From: Chlorokybus atmophyticus
Lineage: Eukaryota > Plantae > Mesostigma and Chlorokybus algae
Direction: 5' to 3'
Length of the DNA stretch: 64,000 bases
NCBI GenBank assembly: GCA_009103225.1
Contig: RHPI01003511.1
Span: 53,087-117,086, forward strand
This document shows positions 42,069-54,500 of this stretch, piece after piece (within the stretch, counting starts at the first letter, position 1; each line of letters opens with the position of its first letter). The translations under genes and the position numbers were made by a program. The notes below the pieces were generated by a model. It was not told the DNA's origin and did not search any database. It was given only the letters and a program-made list of their open reading frames with translations.

Positions 42069-43447
42069 TAATGAACACGACACATGCATCTGCAACCTGA
42101 ACACCTGGAAACAGTCACTCGGCACCGAATGGATACTAACAAGTATATAGTAGAGTCAACAACCGTTGTTGTATACACGGCAAAGCAACGGACACACCAC
42201 TGTGTAGAGTAAGTTATACTTTGTTGTTGTCGTTCCTAGCAGTCCATTGTCATTGGCAAAAGGACGCATTGAGCAGCAACCAATGTTGCAACAACACTCC
42301 GCTTGAGATGAAAAAGTCGGCTTTTCTCAACCGTTGCAGTGCGCCTGTATAACATCAAGTTACAGGCAGTGTACAAAAGATGCAAGAGGGATTGCATAAC
42401 ATGCAAACCTATGTGCACATGCAATGTGCACGTAGGTTTAGGTGTTGTGCATTCCCTCTTGTTATGTGTGTATGCTTGCAATCATTCGTGCTTAGCATGG
42501 GCAACTAAGTCCAGCCAATCTGTTGAGCATCAATGGAAATCCCATGGGCTGGCCCAAGCCTCTAACCAAAAGTTAGAACAACTTCACCATGCCAGGCGGG
42601 CTTGTGTGGCTGCATTCATCCAGTCCCACAACGCCACCTGATTATGCAAACGCCACAGCGAGACATAGACCTTGTGGGTATACGTTTTGTATGTGTCAAC
42701 ACTTCTCTGACTTTGAGTATGCTTGTGCAGTGATAGGCAGGGATGACAGTACGTAGCTTGGTGTGACGATGTTGCTGTTAGTGGAGAGAGACTTTGACTT
42801 GCACATACGCATGTGCACAACATTGCTTGGGCAGCAATCACGAAAGTAGCTCCAGGTGCTTTGTTGCATAGCCCAGCGTGAAAAGCACAAATTCTGCATG
42901 ATTTGTCGTGACAGCACAACCACTCAACCATTCATGAGCAGGATATTCACCAAAAATACGCCATTCATACCAAATGTCGCAGCTACACCTTAGTAGTAGC
43001 AGCCAGATTTGTTGTATTCCTCCTGTAGCAAGGGACATTCCTGACTCAAGTGTAAGTTCTTCAACACCAGAGAATACAAAGCAGATGATGATGATGAATA
43101 CAAAGAACTCACAAATGACTGCCACGCAATTGTGTGTCAGCAACAGCATCTGTCATCAACACCTTATGCGGCGGAGAGCACATGTCCGTGATAGCATAAT
43201 CAGCAACCAAGCGGATATTGAGCTGTTTGCAGAGGGGCGGTCTCAACTACGGTCCAAATGCTACGTCAAATGACGATACAATTGCAGGTTGGCAGCGAGC
43301 CAGCACCCAACATGCCCCATGCCACTACGTATGCTGTAATATACTCTTATACAGCGGTTGTCTACATGTCTAGTGACATCACCAAGCGACAACCTAAGCT
43401 CAGTAATGCATATGCATCGCCATCAAACAGAGGACTGTCAACGTCAG

Positions 43448-46400
43448 TCAGCTTGCTGTTGCTGACTGACCAACATTGCGACAGTACTTGGAGGCTGTTG
43501 CATACAAGGTGGCCACGTTGATCGGTTTGACCAAATACGCGTCCATTCCACACTCGTACCCTTTCTTTTCATCCTACAGACACAATTGGCAGTCGGTCAG
43601 GAGAAGCAGTGTGACAATCCTTCTGTGACAACCCTTCTATGCCATTGGCACGCAATCCACACCTCAGCGTAAGCATTTGCTGTGAGAGCGATGATCGGCA
43701 CGCGGCGACTCGTCCCCTCTTCCATCTTACGCAAGGCTTGCGTTGCTTCGTAACCGCTCAGCACCGGCATCTGCGGGTCAACGCATCAGTGGCATGTCCT
43801 GCGGCGAGTTCACCCGGCAAGCCGTTTACCACGTCGATGTGCCCTCTCACCTGGCAGTCCATGAGGATGAAGTCGTACGCATTCTGGGAAGCAGCGCGCA
43901 CGGCCTGGCCGCCATCCCCGACGACTGTTACATTTGCTCCCTGGCGCTTCAGCAATGCGCCTATCAGCTTCTGGTTCACCAAATTGTCCTGACATGTGCA
44001 AGCACAACCATGGCATCAGCACAGGTGCACCGAAGAAGGAAACCATCCAGAGATCTGCACAACCGCACCTCAGCGACCAGAACGTTTGCCCCTTTCAAAC
44101 TGCGGGCATCGTCAACGGGCCGCTTCTGCACTGCTGCTTGGCTCGAGCCGAGGCTGAGAGCGGGCATTGACGTGCGCTGCGCGGCCTCTATGCGTTCGAG
44201 CGCGGCGTGCACAACCTTTTTCATGCGCACCGGGTGCAGAGGCTTGGTGACAACAAACTTTTGGTGCTGCTGCAGACTTCCCTGCAAGACCTTGCGCACT
44301 TGCGCCGAGCAGTTGTATGAGACCGCAATGGCGACTGTACAGCTGTCTGGAAGAGCGGAAGCCAGATCTACAACAAAGGCTTGGACTTCTGCGGGCTGCA
44401 GAGCGGGCAGCCAGGCGTCGTCCAGCAGCACGAGCGTGTTGCGACCGAGCTGGCTGGCAATGTCTCGCACTTGCTGCAAGTTCTGAGCGCACAGCACTGT
44501 GGCCTTCTGCGACTGGAGCCAGTCCTGTGCCAGGGAGCGCAGCAAGCCCTCTGGCATAAGCAGCAGCACGCGCAGTTCTGACACGCTCATAGTCGTCGGC
44601 ATGCGGATTTCAGGGGAAGCCATCTGCAAGCAGCCACGTCACAGCTTGCTGTGAGCTCAACTCTTTCTGCCATGCCCTTGAGCATGAACTCTGCTCAAGG
44701 CAACCACGCATGAAGAGATTTTAGCACGACCCATCACCAACCTGGCTCAGTGCTGGCAACTTTACTCGGAAATTGAAGTCCATACATGTTCCGGGGGATA
44801 CCTTTCCAGCCACCCGAATCTGGCCACCCATCAGGTTGATAAGAGACCGAACAATCGGTAGTCCAAGGCCTGGTCATGAGCAACAACTGTCAGCAAGAAC
44901 ATATGCAGGCATTTGCATGCTGCTAGAAACGCTCGTGTCCTTCTGTATGAAGCCAATACCCTTCCCATAGCCCAGTTATGCAAGACAAGTACCTGTTCCT
45001 CCAAACCTGCCAAGACACAGAAACCTAAGTTAGATATACAGATAGATACCGAGGACCTCTCATAACAGGCACAAAGCAAAAATAAGGTACCTTCGCGTAG
45101 TCGCGGTATCAGCCTGCACAAACGGTTCCCAGACTGCCTCCCGCCGCTCCTTGGGGATGCCAATACCCGTGTCATCAACAATGAAGTGCATCGTGGCATC
45201 TCCGCAAGAGTCCAACTTGGCCTCCTCCATGGTGACAACCTCTCCCTGAACTATAATGTGCCCCGCTTTTGTAAACCTGCATAAGCAAAGATTGGCCACC
45301 AACCCCGTGGCCCTGCAGATGCATGTTTCGTCGAGGCGCTAACTGTGCTGGCTTACTTGGCGCTATTGCTAACGAGGTTTGTGAAAATTTGGCGCACGCG
45401 GCCTTCATCTCCGATGACGGATGTTGGCACGTCGTGCTCGAGCTTGAGCACCATGGCCACGCCGCGCTCCTCAGCCTGCCGGCCAAAGATATCCACGACC
45501 CCCTCCAGGGCATTCACGAGATCAAACTGCGCCTCCTCGAGCTCCAACTGCCAGCAGCACACCGATCAGCATGTTGCAACAAAGGGCAACACATTAACTC
45601 AACCAATAACTGCTATGTGATGCTTGCCTTGCCGCTGGCGACTGAGTTTATGTCCAGCAAGTCGTTGACAAGTTGCAACAGCACGGCGGAGCAGCTCTCC
45701 ACTTGCATAAGACAGTCCCTCTGCTCCTCACTCAGATTCCTAAACCCGAGCAGCACCTCCACAAACCCCATTATGCCTGCAAAGGAAGGAGCGGATACGC
45801 AAGAGTTATGCACATGGCTACTAGACAACACAGTTTGTGCGCCTGAGGGTGCTTTCATCACCTGTCATTGGCGTTCTCAATTCGTGGCTGATTTGCGCCA
45901 GAAACATCTGCAGCACAACAGAGAAACAGACGCTGAGACCTTGCGCCAAGACTGGCTGGTGCAATGCAATGCTCCAGGAGTGTGGAATGGGCCTCACCGA
46001 TTTCGCTGCATTGGCAGCCTCTGCCTCCTGCTTGGCAATACGATAGCGACCGTTCAAGGTGTCCAGCTGGCGGCAAGCCAACACGAGGCCTTCCTTCAGC
46101 TTCACTTCATGTGAAACTCCCCTTGTGCATAATACAATCAGCCTGCGTGTTTAAGCCCGCATGTGTATCGTGAGAGAGAGGAAGAGAGACTGCGTACAGC
46201 CACGCTTAGTACTCTGCGGGCAATGTGATGGCAAGCGGCTACATAAATTAGATCACAGCTTACAGTGCGCCAACCAGCAGCACGCCAACAGCCATCAGGG
46301 AAAGTCCCAGTGTCGTAGCGCGGTTTGTGCTATCGATCCCGGCAAAAAGCTCAGTTCTGCAAAAACACGACGAACCAGCTGGTCAGAGATGCAGCTCTCC

Positions 46401-48022
46401 TTGAGCGCGCAATGCCACACTCACCTTGGCATCACCAGCACTGAGACTAGGTTGACCGACTCAAATGTCAACAACGCAGCATCCGTGTACAACATCGTCC
46501 CGTTGCTGCTCAGGAATGAGCCTTGAAAGGTTGTCGCATTGCTATTTGCTGCAAGCAATGTCCCTCGGACATACACAGCCGCCTCCCTAATGACATCGCT
46601 AGATGACTCATTAGCAAGCAACAGCGCGGGGGTGGTCTTGTTGATGCGCTTTGCAAAGTAGGTTCCCTGAGATGCGGCCAGCAAATAGCCTTCATCATTC
46701 ATGACGAACAGGGAGCCATGACCTGCGGTCAGCAAGCTGCAGGTCAGCAACTCGGTGCAACACCACCGCACCGTGCACGCAAAGCACCCAAGCCAGTGCA
46801 AGGTTACCGCTGTCCACCGAGTACAAAAAGTTCTGGATCGCTTGTAGTGATATACTGACGCCCCACAGTCCGTCACCCTGCATGAAACCGCCGGTTACTG
46901 TGCTGATACAGCAGCAACACGCTCAGCGACCAACCAAAGACACGCCGCACCATAGTGGCTGTTTCGTTGCTGTAGACCGGTGCTGTCAGGGCCAGAAACG
47001 GCGTCGCGTCGCGGGAGGTGCCCGGAGAAAAAGCCCACATGAAACTCTTCCTCGGCAGGGACAGCACTTTCCAAGACGGTTGATCTGGAACGCACAAAAC
47101 ACACATTGTGCTGAGCGGCACTGGTGCAGCAAACGATGCGCACGGCCACAACGTTGGCATACCACGAAGGTTAGCTAGCACCGGCACTTCCGTTACGGGT
47201 CCAACAGGTTTGCCATGCTCATCAGCGGCAGCATAGAGCCACACTCCGACTCTAGTAGTGTTACTGCGCTGCACCACGATTGTCTGCGACGAAGCGTCGC
47301 TCGCATTCTGGTAATACCAAAGACTGGAGCCCGCTGTGCCGGAGTCGAGGTTGACTGACACGTACCCCACTCTGCGCAGATCATCCAAGCACACACAAGT
47401 CAACATGCACATACAGACACAGGGTCGCTCAGGCTGTAGAGAGAGAAAGAGCATACGTGATGGAGGTTGGGATGGCGCTAATACATGACCACGCTATGGA
47501 GCGGATGGTCGTATTTATTGTGCTGTCTGTGATTGTAGGGAGCAGTGAGGAGTCATAAAGCTCGTTCAATGAAACCGTCATCGTCACATTGGCATCAGAC
47601 AAAAGCCTGATCAGCTGCTGCTGAGAGGTGTCCAGCAGCTGCGCCGAGAACCGCCTCGCAATGGTATCCACAGCGCGGGACGACGCGCGGTTGTGGAAGA
47701 GTATGACGACGAGTGTCACCACTGTCAACGCCACCGCCAGGATGGTCTGCGAGGTGATGGTGTGCTTGTGTGCATGCGTGTGTTCGTGCGTGCACATGTG
47801 TGTGCCTGTGCGACTGCGTGTGCAAAGCTCGCGTACTGCAACCAGAAGCATACAACTGGGGCGTACCGACATCGCCAGCCGCGTGTACAACACTGTGTTT
47901 CGCGCCCAACATGTTGGGGGTGAGCCATAACGCTTCAATGCTATTTCCGCTTGACTGCGCTTTCTGTCTGGATCGGCTGCATACTTGCCATGCACCGATC
48001 GGGACAAAGACTCTGCTTGCAT
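43448..48022 (-). CDS. AHK1: AHK1/CKI1-type hybrid histidine kinase, copy A (TM - Cache-like sensor - TM - HisKA - HATPase - receiver-like - receiver); start uncertain
   Basis: TRLAMS|TILAVAL (TM1), GHGSLFVMNDEGYLLAAS, VMPR, TM2 then TRGVSHEVKL, FLAQISHELRTPM, NLVSNSAKFT, DDTGIGI, RRFGGTGLGL, VLVAE|DN, ILMDCQ|MP, TANA, GMDAYLVKP. Sensor and TM2 match recalled Arabidopsis AHK1 (HGGHIYLTSQEGYLLATS; LTNGVSKEMKL; NLISNSIKFT). Confidence 0.88.
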
Positions 48023-50090
48023 AGACTCTGCTTCCGACAACAACACACATTTTCAGACATGAATAGCCATAACGTGAGATGCATCTGATGCAAGGTCGTG
48101 CCAATTGGGCCGTGCACAATCCGGCCGCTCACTCAGTGCTGTTACATTAGTGCTGCTCAACCAGGACTGCATGTGGGGTTCCGTGCGTTCAAGCCTCACC
48201 ATGAGAGACGCACTCGTGTTCCGTTGCAGCGTTTTGCACAGAACCGCTGGATGGTCGGACGGGATCCGGCGCAATGCTCACAACAATGCTGAGCGGGTGG
48301 TCCCCAGGCCGATGCGAGTCGCCGTTGAAGCCAACAGCTTGTGTCTGCACCATCTCAACCTACAACAGACTGTTAGTCATCACCATAATCCCTTACTAGC
48401 ATGTGGCCTTCGTGTATTGGTTTGCTACTGCTGCTGTGCTTGCCTTACCCGACTGGCATGTACGAGGCTGTTGGAAAGCACATATCAGCTCGGCGCATGA
48501 GGCCCCAGCATGCCGCAATTGGTGCATGCTCCACAATGTGCCCGTCTTACAGCCAAAACTCCTTCATTCAGCTTGCACACATGCAACCGCAACACGCAAG
48601 GAAATAAAGAGCTGCAACTTCAGGCCCACACTGCGCTCTCCTCAGCACGCGTGCCAAAGGTTGAGAACCTGCCGAACTCCCCTGAATCTCCTAGCCGATT
48701 CAATCACCCTAGCTTCGCAAAGGGGTTATGCACACGGACAGGTAACCTCCTGGACTGTAAGCGGATACAATAAATAAGTAGATGCCCAAAACAAACGCAA
48801 AAACGTTGCGTTCACTGGCCAAAAATGTGTAGCAATTGCGTGTACAGCATAAGAATAAAGGTATACTGTGAGGCTCAGAACATGGCCGTTGATTTACATC
48901 CAACAACGCTCGACACAATAGCACACAGCTACTGTGTGCTACTACTCGTCAGCACAAACAAAGTCGACACAAGCGTACTTGGTGCTCTCTCACTAGCAGT
49001 GATATACGTCATCATCAGCACAAGTGAACAGCGACACAATCTGCACGCGTTTCTAAATTCTGTTACCCTCGGGCAAGAGCATGTTGCGCGCGTTTGCTGC
49101 ATGACAGTCGCCAACTCAGAAGCTGCTTGAGTACAATTAACAAAACCCTCCTGCCATGATAACAGCGATACTGACGGCGAGGGTTCTGTTTCGTAAACCT
49201 GTAACTAAACCAACTCCGAAATCCTTCCCCGTAACGTATTCGTCTTCAGTGGTGGTTCTTAACAGTGTTGTGAGCTAGGAACCCTGCTGCGTTGTGTAGA
49301 TCAATCAGTCGTTTGTGGTGTATCAGACCTGCCGGGAAAGGCCGCGTGCTAAGCGCAGCGCTGGCTGTGAGCGCACTCATGCTCATGCACGCAGCACACA
49401 CCCTAACTGTACAGCTGGCGGTCCGGCTCAAGACACCACCCGCCCACATCCAAGGGACCACAGCACCACAGCAACTTGTCTTACCGCTTACCACAGCGTT
49501 CCGGATGCACTGCCCCGCTGAGCTCCGCAACGCCAAGCACGCCCCGCTCCCCACCACCACGCACAATCGCCGTGCGGACTCGCACGCCGCCGCCGCCGCC
49601 GCCGCCGCCGGCAATGTCCCACACGGAGTAGTTAGGGTCTAACCCTAACCTGGTGGGCCGGATACACGCGGACCTCGGGCCCGTGTGCATGTCGCTGTCC
49701 CTCGCCTGTCATTTGTAACGACAATGTGCGCTCAGCCGCGGCCCGCGCAGGCAGTACGGCCGTGCACGGTGCACCAGAAAAAAACCAATGACAAGCACAA
49801 GTCGTGCTAATCATTGACTGGCTGCACAACAGGTCGCTCGATTTAGACAACCACGTGGCTGCTGTCTGTCGTCGCTTTATAATGCATCTGTCGCCCGCTG
49901 GATCGACTGGTACGGCGTATCATTTCACAAGGATGGCGCGGATCACATCGTCAGCTTTTCTGCCGTTACGTGTGATAACCTGACTGTCCTCTGGCGCTGG
50001 CACATGTCATGTGAGTCACATAATGTGAATGCCGCACCATGCATGTGATGTGCGCAATTGAGTGGCGCCACATCATGGCGCGACATCAAC

Positions 50091-50150
50091 CACTACCGGT
50101 AGTACCGGCGGCGGCTGCGGAGGCGGACGCCGCCGGTACTACCGGTAGTG
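50091..50150. repeat. Perfect 23-bp inverted repeat with 14-nt loop
   Basis: CACTACCGGTAGTACCGGCGGCG (50091-50113) and its exact reverse complement (50128-50150). Confidence 0.95.
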
Positions 50151-51531
50151 TGCATGCACGCGCACGTAGTTGTGTAGGCTTAAACACGTTCGTTTATTTG
50201 GACTGCCGTGCAATTTCTTTGATAGAGAGAGAATTGATGGGAGTAGGGTTAGCTAAAGCTACCTAATTAGCACCTACCTAAGTAGCAGCGGTCCAGCGGT
50301 CTCTCAAAAGGACCCGCTAAACGGCTGAACGACCCTAACCGGGAAGGGATAAGACCTGATCACTTTCTGGGGTCTTATTGCTTATACATGTACAGGCCTG
50401 TAGGCTAGGCCGATTGGACATGTCTCCCTAGGGACCTATCATGCCGCGTGCCTGTCCGCAAAGAGCACCAACCGATCATCATTGGCGCACTGTGGCGGCA
50501 GTAAACCGCTTCCGTGTCAAGCCGCTTGACTCAAGCGTCGCATGCGCCGACTATCATTGCATCCCGTAGCAACGTTGGCGGCGGCGGCGTGCAGGGTCTC
50601 GCCGCCGAGGTTGCCGGAGGGCAGGGGCAGAGGCTGCGTCGTTGGGGCGGTTACCATTGGGGCTGCTACTGCTGCTTGCCACGGGTTCAGTTCTCTTCCT
50701 TCGAGACGTGCCCACCGCGCTTGGTTCTTGCGCATGCGTGGGCTGTGGGTTGCTTTCTAGCTTACACGCTGCTTGTGATTGGGGTGGGTGACGTACATAA
50801 GGCCTGGCGGTAGCAGCAACGCTGTGTCCTGCTGGTGGGGGTGGGTTTGGGTGCTGCGCAGAGCCGGCACCGCCATCACTCGCACTGGTGGGTGGGGTTT
50901 GGCGTTGATTTGACACACCATAGTTGGGAAACATGGTTGTGCTTGCAACTGACGACCTGATGATCATGTCAGGGCATTTAGGCGTTGGCGTACTTCTCTA
51001 GAACACCTGCACTGCTGTTCAGGATTGCAGTCGGCACATGGCATAGAGTTTACTTGTGTAAGGAGGAGACTGCAGTTGGCATCCGCACAAGCCGACATAG
51101 TGCATACCTGTGTTGGGTGCCTCATGAGGGTTTTTCAACCTGCCACACAAGGTTTCAATCAACTGCGTGTCAACCTTGCACATGTGAATTAGACAACGTA
51201 AGGATGCGTTCAGAGTTAGGCACTGAGGGGCAGACGATCGAGCTGCCCGTTGCTAGGGATGGCATCGCTCCATATGCTGACCAATCACCACTTGCTGGTA
51301 AGTGGTTCTACCGCAGACACTTTGCTGGCGCGGATGCAATTGAGATTACTATTAGGCCGTAGCTGCCATGGACATTACGCCTGTAGTTGTGCTTGCATGA
51401 TGCCTTCTAGCTAGCTGGTTGCCGTTGTGAAATTGAAGTCAATGTCAAGCGCCATCAGCAAGTTTTTGTTTGTTGCAGTCATTGAGTCGCAATTAGTTAT
51501 GCTGTAGTACAATATGTTGAAAACTGAACTG

Positions 51532-54500
51532 ATGGCTTCATGCCATGGTTGGTCGTCCAGTGGTGCAACCATAACACACTGAAGTGTGTTGCCTTGTCTC
51601 AGATATATCACCTTCGACATCACCGTCAATGTCACAACGCAGCCGGACAGCATGGGGCAGGTACTGGAGTAGCAGCGTGCACCGCGCGAGAGGCTTCTGG
51701 CAGCGGAACACTGTCCTCTTCACAAGACTGGCAATGGTGGTACGTGCTTGGTTTTCTATGCTCATCCCACACGCCTTGTACAAATCTGGTTGCAAGACTT
51801 GGCCTGCTTGTGTCGTTTCACAACATTCGTTCGCAACATGATGCATGCAGTTTCTTTGTCTCAATCAAACATTTGATCTATGATTTGCTTCTTCAGTATA
51901 CTCATTTCTACGTCACTGTCGCGAGTGCAGTTGCACTCGCACTCGCACTCATGTTGTCTTGCTGGCGCTCTATTGTACGTGCCAATATCCTCATGCCTCA
52001 GGCCATCCTTGCTGTGGCTCTTGCGGTAGTCTCGCTGGTCATTATGCGTGTGAACGGCGGACACGCTGCCAACGCGGTGGATGAGCTCGCGCTGCGGTTT
52101 CGCACACAGCTGCTGCAGACCACCGAAAGCCGCGTTGTGCAGCTCCTGCGAGCAGCTGAAGTCAGCATGACATTGGCCACAACGCAGTTGAATGACCCGG
52201 CCATTCTACCCTACATTGACGATGGCACGATTAACACCACGATCTGCTCCATCTCGTGGATGGTTGTCACTGGCACGCCATACTCCTTGAATACATGTGG
52301 CTATGTGTCGATTGATTGGGACGCCAAACAGCCCGGGTCCGTGTGTTTGTATAGAAAGTTTGGCGCGAATGGCACGAATATCATTGTCATGCGCTCGAAG
52401 GAGTCCGCTCCGGGGTTATGGTAGGCGCTGTTGTCTGGCCCTCGATGTGGTTTATTTGGGTGGTAGCAGTAGATTTAACTGGCTGTCTTGGCAGGTACTA
52501 CCAGGTGGCGGATGCCAATGGCCATGGTGTCGGGCCAGTCCAGTCTAGACCTGTGGAGGGCAACTACTCCAGTCAGCCATGGTTCCCCGCTCTCCAGTAC
52601 AATAGAACCCAGATATTGTGGATATTCACGTCAGGTGCGCATGTCCTGATGCTCTGTTGCCTGCATGCTTCAGTGGTTATGTGTGCATGTCTGGACCTCC
52701 TCCTGCTTTGCGACAGTCATGCCTTCGTTTTATAGTTGCAGTAACGTCAAGTAAGCTGTCTGTCTCTTTTCAGGAATTCTGAACAAGGACCCTCCATTTT
52801 TCCAAGTGGTAACCCCTTTGTACCAGACACCAACTGCTACAAGGGTGAGAGAGATGCACGGCAGTGCACGCACGCCTGCTGCTGTCTTCCATGGCTGGTG
52901 TTATCAATAAATTGTGACATCACTTCTGTTGCTAATGCTGGGTGTCAACAGGCCAATGGCATATTTGCTTTGAACATCGATATACAGACTATAAAGGATT
53001 TCTTGTTCTCTCTTGATCGCGGACATGGCGATGTGTACATCATTACAAATGATGGGCTATTGATCAGTGCATCTCAAGGTGCATTGTACCAAATTCGGCC
53101 CGATCAGCCCAGCATCCTGCGCGCCACAGACTCGGACATCCCCAGCATCAGAGAGTCGGCCCTCTTTCTGCAAAACGCGGGAGTGTTCAATAGCACCATG
53201 GTGTCTCGGCTCCAAGTCACGCTGAATACTAAAGTCCTGATGGAGGCGTATTATCTGGATGCTCAGAATCTGACGTTCGCAAACCTAAACCTCATTGTTG
53301 TGCTTGTACTGCCAAGGTATTTCACCGCTTATGCTACTGTACGATTAGCTTCGCTTGGTTGCATTCTGAACGCAGCACGGGATGCAGGGTCTGCTGACAC
53401 AACAGTTGTGGCATGCAGGTCATTTCTGTTGAAGCAGATTAGCAACAGCTATCGCACCACAATTATTGGGTTGAGTTTCATGGCCGTTGGCGTGTTGCTG
53501 GTGGGCTGCCTGGTAAGTGTGCACAGTCTCAGCTGCATTATAATGATATGTGGCTCCATTGAGACATGTATGCCAACCCCGTGCTTGTGCGCTTCGCAGC
53601 TGGTATTCACGGTTGGTACGTGTGGGGTGTCGAGGGAAGTCAGGCTGAAGAATTGGCTTTCCATTGCTTGCCAGGAGCTGGACCAGTTGAACCAGAGGTA
53701 TTTGAGAGCTAAGCAGGACGCAGAGGCTGCTACCGAAGCCAAATCGGTGAGTTGGGACCGGAAGTTGTCATTGGCCATAACACTTGCATCATGCTTATCA
53801 TCTTATGTTGTGCATGTGCAATGTGCAGGCATTTCTTTCCACGCTGTCCCACGAGCTTAGGTGGGCACACATTGATATCACGCTGCATGCCTTATCACCG
53901 TTTGCTTTTGAAGCCTTGTCCTCTCTGATGCTCGCTAACACTACACAGGACCCCGCTGACGGGCGTCCTCGGCTTTGTTGACATACTGTTGACCAACCCC
54001 GACGTGCACAAGGAGCACCAGGATTGCTTGCGTCAAGTTGAGGGGTGCTCTATCACTCTGCTGCAATTATTGAACGATCTGCTGGACATGTCGAAGATCA
54101 CAAGTGGCAAGGTCAGAGCACACAATTTGCTACGCATACCTGTGTGCATCGGACTTTCATATGCAACGTGGTAACAGCTGGAGCTGGAGGAGTCGGAGTT
54201 TAATTTGGTCACAGTGCTGGAAGGTGTAGTGGACATGTACAGTCCCAAGGCCCAGGAGAGTGGCGTAGAGCTTGTGCTCGACCTCTCGAGCGCTGTTCCA
54301 GAGCATGTGGTGGGTGATGAGGTAAGCTTTGGTCATGGCTTCCAAGTCGCACGTACGCGGCAACAACCTTTTGCTAATGCATCTGCACGGTACATAGGCT
54401 CGCGTGCGCCAGATCTTCCTCAACCTGGTGTCCAACTCCGTCAAGTTCACCAAAGCGGGTCATGTAGTTGTGCGGGTGAGTTTCGCATGCCATTGGCCAG

